Source: Moorena sp. SIO4E2
Lineage (GTDB): Bacteria > Cyanobacteriota > Cyanobacteriia > Cyanobacteriales > Coleofasciculaceae
NCBI RefSeq assembly: GCF_010671945.1
Contig: NZ_JAAHIE010000031.1
Location: 1-33,033 of the forward strand
Length of the DNA stretch: 33,033 nucleotides
Direction: 5' to 3'
The position numbers and the translations under genes were made by a program. The notes under the pieces are model-generated. The model was given only the letters and a program-made list of their open reading frames with translations, had not been told where the DNA came from and did not search any database. Each line of letters starts with the position of its first letter. Positions within the stretch are counted from its first letter, which is position 1. Below, one piece after another: positions 18,562 to 27,329 of the stretch.

Positions 18562-21462
18562 TCAATTGCGCAGAATCAACCGTTGCCGATGAACATGCAA
18601 CAAACGAAACTCCCGCTGCGCCACCTGCTCCAACATATAAATAATGTGCTCTGGTCGCAACATCGTGCCATCATTCAAACAACTCCCCACATACCGCAAA
18701 ACCACCCCAGACTCCGCAACCTCCTCTTCACCATCTTTGGATTTTTGGGGTTCGATCACCTCGAAGTCAAATAAGCGATCGCATAAATTCACCCACTGCT
18801 TCTTCCCCGACTTCGTAAACCGCTCCCACCAAATTTCCTTACTACCTTTGATTGCTTCAATCCAACCCTGCCACTCTTCCCAAGACGCTTCTGATATTAC
18901 CTCAACTCGAATCAAATACTCAGCTCTCTCCAACAGCTGAGTTCCCGCAGGTTCCTTCAAATCCACTGCTTCAACCCCATACACCGGAATCTCTTCAGGC
19001 AACTGAGACACCAGCCTTTCCCTAAACTCCTCAACTGGCATTTTCTCAGTTAACTCAAACTCCACAATCTCCCCACTGCTAGACGCTCCCAAGGGCAACG
19101 CATTAGCAATCATAATCCGAGCATTAGCCCGAAACCCCCCACTATATCGAATTGGCAGTGACGCCCGTCTTACTGCTCTCTCAAACAGACTTGCCAAATC
19201 CAGATGACCCAACAAGGTCATATCCCCCAACTTTCCAAACCAAACCCGCAGCCGCTGATCCTTATTAGTATTGGGTTTAAAGTGACCAGCAAATTGCGGA
19301 ATCTGTGGCGGGTCAATCACCACATTATGACCAAAATCAATCCCACACACACCACAGTGAGAACACCCATCAAAGGAACAATCCGGTACCGTTGCTGCAT
19401 CTAACGCCCGTTGTAAATCTTCCTTGAGCCAATTCTTATCAATTCCCGTATCAATATGATCCCAAGGCAAGGGAGCATCAAGGGCGTTAAGGGTTGACGG
19501 TTGAAGGTTAGCTGGTTGAAGGTTAGCTGGTTGAAGGTTAGAAGGTTGAAGGTTAGAAGGTTGAAGGTTAGAAGGTTGAAGGTTAGAAGGTTGAAGGTTA
19601 GTTGGTTGAAGGTTAGTTGGTTGAAGGTTAGCTGGTTGAAGGTTAGTTGGTTGTCGGTTAGTTGGTTGTCGGTTAGTTGGTTGTAGGTTAGCTGGTTGTA
19701 GGTTAGCTGGTTGCTCTGAACTTTCAACCTTGGCCTTTTGGCCACGCTTCGCGAACAACCTTCCAACTTGCAACTCTTCTACACCCGCCATCACGTTCCA
19801 TTCGCCATTTTCTACTTGGCGATATTTCCAGGTCAGACCTGATGAAGCGATCGCATTTTCCCAAGCAGCAAATGCCCGATCCAAGCTTTCCATCCAGGAG
19901 TCCATCCCTGCCCCCAATTCCCAAGCACGGCGCACCACCGCACTTAAGCGTCTGTCACCCCGTCCCACGAAATCTTCCATGGCCGAAATCCGAACATCGG
20001 TGTAATTAACCTTCACCCCCCTGATCTGACCAAATACTTGTTTGAGTAATTCCTGCTTGCGTTCAAACTCCGAAGTCGATACGGAATGCCACTGGAATGG
20101 GGTGTGAGGTTTTGGGGTAAAATTAGAAACAGTTATGTTAAACTTAATGGTTTTTCTGCCTTTAGCACGGCACTCCTGCTGCAACCAACGCACCGTTTCC
20201 GCAATCCCCAACACATCCATATCCGTTTCACCGGGCAAACCAATCATAAAATAGAGCTTGACTTTCTCCCAGCCTTGCTCAAATGCCGTCTTTACTCCCC
20301 TGAGCAGTTCTTCATTAGTCAGTCCCTTATTAACAATATCCCGCATCCGCTGAGTTCCTGCTTCTGGGGCAAAGGTCAAGCCACTCTGCCGATTGCCCCC
20401 TAGGATATTGGCAATATTCTCATCAAAGCGGTCTACCCGCTGACTCGGTAGGGACAAGGAAATATTCTGATCCTTAAGACGATTTTTGATTTCCATCCCC
20501 ACCGCTGGTAGAGCCAGGTAATCCGAACAACTCAGGGATAGAAGGGAAAACTCGTTATACCCTGTAGCACGCATCCCTTGTTCAATAGCTTCCACCACTT
20601 TTTCTGGTTCCACATCCCGCGCTGGTCGAGTCAGCATCCCAGGTTGGCAGAAGCGACAACCCCGAGTACAGCCCCGTCGCACTTCGATCTTGAGTCGGTC
20701 ATGAACCGTTTGGATATAGGGTACTAGTCCAATAGCATAGGCAGGCATCGGTGTAGCCACACGCCGCAAAATCCGCTTCGGCACATCAGGGCGGTTGGGT
20801 TTAACTGAGCCATCCTCAGTCATATCATAGAATTGGGGGACATACACCCCTGGTATCTGAGCCAAATCCAGGAGTAACGCTTCTCGACTTAAGCCAGCTG
20901 CTTTGCCTTCTTCGATTACTAAGCCAATCTCTGGCAACAATTCTTCCCCATCGCCAAGATCAACAAAATCTAAGAAATCAGCATAGGGTTCAGGATTCGA
21001 TGTCGCCGTTTGTCCACCTGCAAAAATTAGGGGTATTTCCGATATATCAAACTGAGCACGGTCTTTCCAGGTCAGGGGAATTCCTCCCAAATCCAACATT
21101 TCCAAGATGTTGGTTGCCCCTAATTCATAGCTAAGGCTAAAGCCAATAATATCAAAATCTTTCAGAGGTCGCCGATTCTCGACAGCAAACAGAGGGGTTT
21201 GAGTGGAACGTAATTTAGCTGCCAAGTCTGGGGCAGGTAGATAGGCGCGATCGCATAATTGCCTAGGTTGATAATTCAATATATTGTAGAGGATGATATG
21301 GCCTAAGTTAGAAGCCCCCACTTCATAGATTTCTGGATAAGTCAATACCCAGCGTACCTCAGCTTCTTCCCAAGGTTTATGGACTGCTCCCAACTCGTTA
21401 CCTAAGTAACGGGCTGGTCTGTTGATGTCTGGTGTTAATATTTCCTCTACAGTGATTGCCAT
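18562..21462 (-). CDS. B12-binding-type radical SAM protein (TIGR03960-like) fused to a DUF2344/TIGR03936-like C-terminal domain, with a 15-copy pentapeptide linker
   Basis: 966 aa. The N-terminus MAITVEEILTPDINRPARYLGNELGAVHKPWEEAEVRWVLTYPEIYEVGASNLGHIILYN is typical of this radical-SAM family, and CTRGCRFC is the SAM cluster motif. The C-terminal 270 aa (RLRVWFGKLGDMTLLGHLDL...) are the usually separate DUF2344 partner. Confidence 0.8.
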   Translation of the reverse strand: MAITVEEILTPDINRPARYLGNELGAVHKPWEEAEVRWVLTYPEIYEVGASNLGHIILYNILNYQPRQLCDRAYLPAPDLAAKLRSTQTPLFAVENRRPLKDFDIIGFSLSYELGATNILEMLDLGGIPLTWKDRAQFDISEIPLIFAGGQTATSNPEPYADFLDFVDLGDGEELLPEIGLVIEEGKAAGLSREALLLDLAQIPGVYVPQFYDMTEDGSVKPNRPDVPKRILRRVATPMPAYAIGLVPYIQTVHDRLKIEVRRGCTRGCRFCQPGMLTRPARDVEPEKVVEAIEQGMRATGYNEFSLLSLSCSDYLALPAVGMEIKNRLKDQNISLSLPSQRVDRFDENIANILGGNRQSGLTFAPEAGTQRMRDIVNKGLTNEELLRGVKTAFEQGWEKVKLYFMIGLPGETDMDVLGIAETVRWLQQECRAKGRKTIKFNITVSNFTPKPHTPFQWHSVSTSEFERKQELLKQVFGQIRGVKVNYTDVRISAMEDFVGRGDRRLSAVVRRAWELGAGMDSWMESLDRAFAAWENAIASSGLTWKYRQVENGEWNVMAGVEELQVGRLFAKRGQKAKVESSEQPANLQPANLQPTNRQPTNRQPTNLQPANLQPTNLQPTNLQPSNLQPSNLQPSNLQPSNLQPANLQPANLQPSTLNALDAPLPWDHIDTGIDKNWLKEDLQRALDAATVPDCSFDGCSHCGVCGIDFGHNVVIDPPQIPQFAGHFKPNTNKDQRLRVWFGKLGDMTLLGHLDLASLFERAVRRASLPIRYSGGFRANARIMIANALPLGASSSGEIVEFELTEKMPVEEFRERLVSQLPEEIPVYGVEAVDLKEPAGTQLLERAEYLIRVEVISEASWEEWQGWIEAIKGSKEIWWERFTKSGKKQWVNLCDRLFDFEVIEPQKSKDGEEEVAESGVVLRYVGSCLNDGTMLRPEHIIYMLEQVAQREFRLLHVHRQRLILRN
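19493..19712. repeat. 15-bp tandem repeat array, about 14.7 copies (GGTTGAAGGTTAGCT and variants), in-frame inside the radical-SAM gene
   Basis: Visible direct repeats. The coding frame reads QPANL QPANL QPTNR QPTNR QPTNL QPANL QPTNL QPTNL QPSNL x4 QPANL x2 QPSTL. The other two frames give the artifactual repeat ORFs 19401-19766 and 19501-19686. Confidence 0.9.
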
Positions 21463-21708
21463 AGAAACTTTATTACTGCTTTCAATGCAGTTAACCCTGA
21501 TCCACCTTTGATTTTATCAGTACTCAGGCTAGAGATAAGGGGGTGAAGGTGGATGAAGTGAGGGAGATAATAACCACCATACTTCTTAACTGGTATTTCC
21601 CTATCTCCTCCCATCATCATCGCTGTAAGCACTTAATCTTCCCAAGATTTCCTATGATTTTGCTGCACTCAGAGCCATTGAGTTAGCTTCCCAACCTACT
21701 CCAACCCC

Positions 21709-22056
21709 CTAGAGGGCTGTAGCAAAAGCCTCATGGCTGTCAAAAATCTCAAACACCCCATCTAATTTAGTTAGCTCCAGCATAATTCGAATTGAAGGAG
21801 CTACGGAGCAAAGACCAAAGCGCCTCTCTAGACTTCTTGCTAGCTTCAGACCATGAATTAAGGCCATTAAGCCAGCACTGTCGAGAGACTCTAACTGATG
21901 CATATCAACCAACAAAGCCGAATCCTCAGCAGCCACCACAGCTTCTGTCAACTGACTTTTAAACTCAATTGCATTAGAAGCGTTAATATGACCGGAAGGT
22001 TGAATAATTCTTAATTTTGCACTCAGGGTCGCCTGTGTCATGAGTAGACTCCTCAC
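21709..22056 (-). CDS. STAS-domain anti-sigma-factor antagonist (SpoIIAA-like)
   Basis: 115 aa. ...IIQPSGHINASNAIEFKSQLTEAV...LLVDMHQLESLDSAGLMALIHGLKLARSL... shows the typical STAS layout. Confidence 0.8.
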   Translation of the reverse strand: MRSLLMTQATLSAKLRIIQPSGHINASNAIEFKSQLTEAVVAAEDSALLVDMHQLESLDSAGLMALIHGLKLARSLERRFGLCSVAPSIRIMLELTKLDGVFEIFDSHEAFATAL

Positions 22057-22469
22057 TTGGTCAAATCCAATAAAATTTTATAGAGAATATATTGAAGATA
22101 GTATGGAATTTCGCTAATTCCATACCACTTCTGATAGACTTTGCCGAATCTTTACAGATTGCTAATGGTTTTTGAAATCTTCATTAAACTTACCATCAAA
22201 ATGTATCATATATTACTTTTTTTCAAGTTAAGTAATTTATTTTTCATTTCCGATGGTCTAAGTTGCTAAGAGCATGGCTCAGTTGATGCCTATAAGTAGG
22301 GATTAAATTTTAATAATTTTTGTTACGTTAACTAAATAGAGCTGCCCTGACATAGAAATATAATACTTTTTGTTATAGGCTTGAGCCAAATGTTTAGCCT
22401 TAGATAAGTATAACGTTAACTAGGGTGTAGAGGCAAGTAGTACTAAGCAGTATGTCCTTATAACTGCCT

Positions 22470-22592
22470 TAGGTGCGCTTGACCCATTAAGAATTAAATT
22501 CGCACCTATTGGTGCGCGCCTCCAAGGGCGAATAAATCGCCCTTGGGTCGCACCTATTGGCTTTGCCAACGCTACGCGAACGGGTCGCACCT
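22470..22592. repeat. Nest of three or four small palindromic dispersed repeats. All carry AGGTGCG(C/A)...GTCGCACCT-type termini.
   Basis: AGGTGCGCTTGACCCATTAAGAATTAAATTCGCACCT, then GGTGCGCGCCTCCAAGGGCGAATAAATCGCCCTTGGGTCGCACCT, then GCTTTGCCAACGCTACGCGAACGGGTCGCACCT. Confidence 0.75.
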
Positions 22593-22817
22593 AAACTTCA
22601 ATACCTCTAACCCTTGAAACGGCATAGCTTCTTCCGTTCAGGTTAAGCTTTCTGAGTTAAGTCCAAAAGGCATATAATATATATGTAATATATATGTCAG
22701 AGAGTACCAATCCACCTCATCAGTGATTTAGATCACATACCAATAAGATAAAGATCACTATAGTGGCTAGTAATTTCAGAAGACAATAAAGTTATATGGA
22801 ATTGTGGGTAAGTAATT

Positions 22818-23012
22818 GTGAAAACTACATTTGTTATTCGTCAACTAGTAGAAAAAGCCCTCTATATTAGGAAATTGACTCCTGATATAGAAAATGCAAT
22901 TAACTACGAACTAACTCAAACTGGTTACATCTCTGATGTGGATTACGAAGCACTGGAATTATTAATGTCTGAGATGGATGCTGGTCGTGTACAGCTAGTT
23001 CCGAGTCACTAG
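22818..23012 (+). CDS. Hypothetical small acidic protein (GTG start)
   Basis: 64-aa ORF in an otherwise non-coding AT-rich region. No recognizable domain. Confidence 0.3.
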   Translation: MKTTFVIRQLVEKALYIRKLTPDIENAINYELTQTGYISDVDYEALELLMSEMDAGRVQLVPSH

Positions 23013-23252
23013 AAAAAGTGGTTATAAACTAAGGCTAGACCAGCTCGGAGGCTTGGTAACTACTCCATGACTTTTAGCCATGACTTTTAGCCATGACTTT
23101 CAGGGTTGGGGCAAGCTCTGACAGCTACATGTGGCAAAACCCCTACAACTTTAGTTTACTCTCCTAAGGGGTCTGACTTGCTACTGCTTGAGTCGTGATC
23201 AGATCACCATTGAGTTGGCAAAGTCCTATTACCGATTAACCATTAAAAAAAC

Positions 23253-23648
23253 TTAAAACTTTTCAGGATAAGCTTGCCAAACTGCACAGATAAAATAACT
23301 TAGTTGCTGGCGAGCATCAGGGTCACTTTCTACATTGACATCAGGGTCATCTAACCGAACCAAGAGGGGAATTACTTCAGTGTCTAAGGCTAGTCGTAAT
23401 AAACTCGCTGGCCAAAGTAAATCCGGTCCAGAGCGTAGGTCGTAAAGAGTAAGCTGTTCAGGGAGTTCCACTGGCACAGGCTCTTGACTATGCAAGGTGA
23501 CCAATATCATAGAACGCACCCAACACATTTGTCGCGATGACACAAATTCGATCACTTCAGCGTATAAACGAGTATTGTCATGCTCTAAACAAATAATCTG
23601 ATGAGGCTGGAACTCGTAAACCAAACTCCTTGATAGGTCTTTATTCAC
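23253..23648 (-). CDS. Hypothetical protein
   Basis: 131-aa ORF with coding-like composition. No recognizable motif. Confidence 0.45.
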   Translation of the reverse strand: MNKDLSRSLVYEFQPHQIICLEHDNTRLYAEVIEFVSSRQMCWVRSMILVTLHSQEPVPVELPEQLTLYDLRSGPDLLWPASLLRLALDTEVIPLLVRLDDPDVNVESDPDARQQLSYFICAVWQAYPEKF

Positions 23649-23833
23649 CAGGCATCAATTCCTAAATTGAGTCATTGCGATACAATATAATGTTCATATT
23701 ACCAGTTTGGTTAACGGGGGTATTAGACCCAGATTTGCCATGACTGGAAGTCAGAGGCTGTCTCACTGCTCATCTTTGCTATGATGTATTAATTCAACTT
23801 AGTCTCAATAGATTTAATACCATAGCATAGATT

Positions 23834-24178
23834 ATGAAAGTCCAAGTTTCAGTCGTGTTTAGCAATCCCGTGGATTTCGTTAATTTTTCTCATCAGGCAC
23901 TGCCTCGATTTTGCGTCGATCTGCCTTTTAAACCTCGCGCTATCCCAGTTGAAGAACTGTTGCCCAACGTCCCTATGATTGATAGCAATTCAGACGATTG
24001 GACAACAGACCTGCCCTTCGAGCAAATAGAATACAAGGAAGAAGGAGCAGAGGAATATGCCAAAATGGTAGTAGTAGTGGAAATCCCACAGGATGATATG
24101 CCCTTGTTTGAAGATGTAGTTAAGTCGTTTGGGGGAAAGATTATGCCATCAGAGGGGTTGGATGTAATGGACATGTAG
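23834..24178 (+). CDS. Hypothetical acidic protein
   Basis: 114-aa ORF, same strand and 140 nt upstream of the 24321 ORF. Its end overlaps a tandem duplication GGACATGTAGTG/GGACATGTAGTT. Confidence 0.45.
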   Translation: MKVQVSVVFSNPVDFVNFSHQALPRFCVDLPFKPRAIPVEELLPNVPMIDSNSDDWTTDLPFEQIEYKEEGAEEYAKMVVVVEIPQDDMPLFEDVVKSFGGKIMPSEGLDVMDM

Positions 24179-24320
24179 TGGACATGTAGTTTACACCCCA
24201 TATCTTACCCATAACCTGGCTTGTAGATCATAGAAATTCCTTGTTAATCTTGATCGAAAATTCAAGACTATCACAAAATATGTTTGAAGGAAAAATAGTC
24301 TGGAATACACAAGGAATGAA

Positions 24321-25514
24321 ATGACCTCTAAGCAGGATAAACCTGAGGTGGCTAAAATCCTCGAACCATTCAAACTCGCATTGGCTGAGCATCTGAGTAA
24401 CCCTGATGTTGTCTTAGACGAGGTACTGGCATGGACTGGCTCTCAGCCTTTTTTGACCCAGAAGCTTTGTCAAGTTATCCTTGACTCTAAATCTCCCATC
24501 CCTGTTGGTGAGGAAGCTCTCAAAGTCGAAGAACTAGTCAAAACTCACTTCGTTGAAAATTGGGAAACTCAGGAAGCCGCTGAACTTCTGCAAGATATTC
24601 GTAGTTTCTTGCTCGAAGAACAATTCCTGCGGCTATATCAGAAAATTTTGCAGGGAGTCATGATGGCAAATGACAGTTGGGAACAAAAAGTGTTGCTCAA
24701 CTCCGGTGTGGTGATTAACCAGGGGGGAAATTTAAAAGTTTCTAACCGTATTTATGAGGTTGTTTTTAATCACAGCTGGGTAGCTCAAGAGTTAGCACAG
24801 TTGACCAGTACAGACTATTGGTTGGCATCTGAGCTGACGACAGATGCTACTGATCAAGCCATCGCCATTGCTTTTCCTAACCTACCAATCACCCCAGTTA
24901 CTCAAGACCAAGATCTCACAACTGACCAGCCTAAACACTCAGAGCTGACAACTGATGAACCCAAACACCCAGATCTAACAACTGACGAGCCCAACCAATC
25001 AACTGTAGTACCTTTAGAGCCAGACCAAGCCACAACCTTGGCTACCTCATCAGCTAGCAGAATCCCATCACCCATTAGTTTTTGGGGTGGCTTGATCGCC
25101 TTGTTTCTAGTCATTACCTTTGGTGTATTTCAGTGTACTAGTGCTAGAAGAGCAGACGATCAACTAAAAAACCTTGCTTCTGAGGACATATGCAGACGCC
25201 AATTTACTACCAGAAAAGAACAAATAGAGCAACTTAGAAAGATAAAGAGTCAAAATAGTGCTTTTCCCAAGCTATGTCAGTCAATGTTAGATCAATTGCA
25301 GTTTTCCTATGCTATAGAAGAGCTCGCTAGTCAAGGTGAATTCAAGCAAGCTACTATAAATCTTTGTCAAGTATCAGAGCGTTACTACCAGTTTAAACAA
25401 AAATCTCTTCCACGTTTTTTCCGTCGATGGGATAGGAATAATGAGAATTATGCTAATTGGTTGAGAAACTATCTAATAAAATTAGATTGTCCAGCTGCTA
25501 AATATTTGGGGTAA
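24321..25514 (+). CDS. Hypothetical single-TM protein with three tandem LTTD(Q/E)PKH(S/P)(E/D) decapeptide repeats. The N-terminal region resembles the C-terminal helical segment of cyanobacterial AAA-like (PF14516-type) ATPase domains.
   Basis: 397 aa. AAGGAA SD-like sequence 8 nt upstream. The WTGSQPFLTQKLCQVIL motif is recognized from memory of AAA-like domain proteins. Imperfect 30-bp DNA repeats at ~24900-24990. One hydrophobic helix (WGGLIALFLVITFGVF). Confidence 0.6.
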   Translation: MTSKQDKPEVAKILEPFKLALAEHLSNPDVVLDEVLAWTGSQPFLTQKLCQVILDSKSPIPVGEEALKVEELVKTHFVENWETQEAAELLQDIRSFLLEEQFLRLYQKILQGVMMANDSWEQKVLLNSGVVINQGGNLKVSNRIYEVVFNHSWVAQELAQLTSTDYWLASELTTDATDQAIAIAFPNLPITPVTQDQDLTTDQPKHSELTTDEPKHPDLTTDEPNQSTVVPLEPDQATTLATSSASRIPSPISFWGGLIALFLVITFGVFQCTSARRADDQLKNLASEDICRRQFTTRKEQIEQLRKIKSQNSAFPKLCQSMLDQLQFSYAIEELASQGEFKQATINLCQVSERYYQFKQKSLPRFFRRWDRNNENYANWLRNYLIKLDCPAAKYLG

Positions 25515-25741
25515 TCAATTGTTAAATTGTTAAATTGTTAAATTAAATTGTTAAATCAGTAGTTGTGGCAACAGGGAACAGGGAATAGGAAATTCATGCA
25601 TGGATTTTTAGCAAACAGTTAACTAAATAACTAATTAATTTAACTAATTAATCTAACTTAATAGACTGGTTTTAGTCAATAAAAATTTATTTTATTGCCT
25701 ACTTTTAAAGACTTAGCTATTTACTGATAAGCCAGATTCTT

Positions 25742-27316
25742 CTAAGGATTATAAAAAACTCCATCGCTACCACTGATTTCTTCTTCCAAAGATACCCTAA
25801 TTCCTCGACGAGCAATTTCAAAAATAGTTAAGATAAATTCTCCCAATTGAAAATATTGGGTTTGACGTAATTGTTTCCTATGGCGTTGTTTGCCGCTAAT
25901 CCGCTCATTGATATGGCTTGCATAATATAAAATTAGGCTAACTAATAGCCAACCTAATAAACTCAATAGAGCTGTTACAATGATAATAATCAGCCAGCCT
26001 AAGAACTGACACAACACTTGTAATAATGGATCGTCATATACATCAAGTTCCGAGTACAACAGAGAACTATTGCTACTAAAGATTCCTAAGGCAATCGTTC
26101 CCCAAAATCCACAGAAAAGGTGAACAGGAATCGAACCTACGGGGTCGTCAATTTTCCAAACTTGTAGAAAATATTCGCCTAAAAGGACAAAAATACCGCT
26201 GATAGAGCCAATTATAAATGCACTTTTGATATCTACAAAAGCAGCTGAGGCTGTAATTCCCACCAACCCACCTAAAATGCCATTGATAATTGAGGCTAGA
26301 CTGGGTTTTCCCAGGATAATTGGACTAAAAAATACGCTGGATATTCCACCAGCTGCTGCTGCCATCATGGTAGTTGTGATGGTATTAGCTACATAATCGA
26401 GATCCTTTGCTGAGCCACCATTAAAACCAAACCAGCCCAGCCAAAGAATTAAGCAGCCTAAGGTGGCTAAACCCAGATTATCGGCAGAGAACTTTTCAGT
26501 TTCGAGACCTTCATATCTATCTGTTCTTAAATTGTAGCCAAAACGACCTTGTCGTGGCTTTAGTAGCCAAGCCCCTACCAAGCCAGCCATACCACCAACA
26601 CTATGGACTACAGTTGAACCCGCAAAATCATGAAATTTTAGCGCCTTGGCTAGCCAACCATAGTGTCCCCAAACCCAGTGACCGGTTACGGGATAGATAA
26701 AACCAACCAGGAAAAAACTAAATAGGAGAAATGCCCAGAATTTTACCCGTTCAGCAACAGCTCCTGAAACAATAGTGGCTGCAGTTCCAGCAAAGACTAA
26801 CTGAAATAAAAATAGAGCCGCAAAGGAGCGATTAGACCAATCTTGATTGAGACAATTAAATCCTGATTCTGGAAAACCAAGATTTCCAAATTGGGGAAAG
26901 GGAAGATTAAAAAACAACCCCTTTTGACCCACTAAACTTAAACTATTATTTTCTCCTGGAACACAACTGTAAGTGATGCCATCACCAAACATTAAGCCAA
27001 AGCCAACTAGCCAAAAGGCTAAGGCTGATATACAGAAAACTATCAAATTTTTAGCCAAGACATTAGTCGCATTTCTCCGTCTACATAACCCGGCTTCTAA
27101 CATGGCAAAGCCAGCATTCATAAAAAAGACTAGAAAAGATGAAACTAACAACCAGATAGTAGACAGGTTAGTGAAATTATTCGTGTTACTATCTTGTGCT
27201 ACTGCTACACCAAGCCATCCCAGCAGGATGGTAATAGCCAAAGATAGGCAGAAGTACCAACGGCTCGGTACCCGGATGATTTGGTGTTTTAATCTCTTGT
27301 ACTTATGTCGAGACAT
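25742..27316 (-). CDS. amt: Ammonium transporter (Amt/MEP family). Start taken at ATG 27316 (MSRHKYKRL...).
   Basis: 11-12 TM helices. Characteristic segments GAVAERVKFWAFLLFSFFLVGFIYPVTGHWVWG and HSVGGMAGLVGAWLLKPRQGRF. A C-terminal cytoplasmic extension of ~60 aa. The longer ORF-track start at 27376 would overlap the tnpB remnant. Confidence 0.85.
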   Translation of the reverse strand: MSRHKYKRLKHQIIRVPSRWYFCLSLAITILLGWLGVAVAQDSNTNNFTNLSTIWLLVSSFLVFFMNAGFAMLEAGLCRRRNATNVLAKNLIVFCISALAFWLVGFGLMFGDGITYSCVPGENNSLSLVGQKGLFFNLPFPQFGNLGFPESGFNCLNQDWSNRSFAALFLFQLVFAGTAATIVSGAVAERVKFWAFLLFSFFLVGFIYPVTGHWVWGHYGWLAKALKFHDFAGSTVVHSVGGMAGLVGAWLLKPRQGRFGYNLRTDRYEGLETEKFSADNLGLATLGCLILWLGWFGFNGGSAKDLDYVANTITTTMMAAAAGGISSVFFSPIILGKPSLASIINGILGGLVGITASAAFVDIKSAFIIGSISGIFVLLGEYFLQVWKIDDPVGSIPVHLFCGFWGTIALGIFSSNSSLLYSELDVYDDPLLQVLCQFLGWLIIIIVTALLSLLGWLLVSLILYYASHINERISGKQRHRKQLRQTQYFQLGEFILTIFEIARRGIRVSLEEEISGSDGVFYNP

Positions 27317-27329
27317 CAAAGCAAGCTTT

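Noticed and set aside
19401-19766. 121-aa minus ORF (QLTYNQLTDNQLTFN...) and plus ORF 19501-19686 (MKVSWLKVSWLK...)
   Set aside because: These are alternative-frame and antisense readings of the 15-bp tandem array inside the radical-SAM gene. They exist only because the repeat lacks stops.
25575-25735. AT-only near-palindrome AATAAAAATTTATTTTATT between convergent genes, as a possible bidirectional terminator
   Set aside because: The stem is purely A/T and too weak for a confident intrinsic terminator call.
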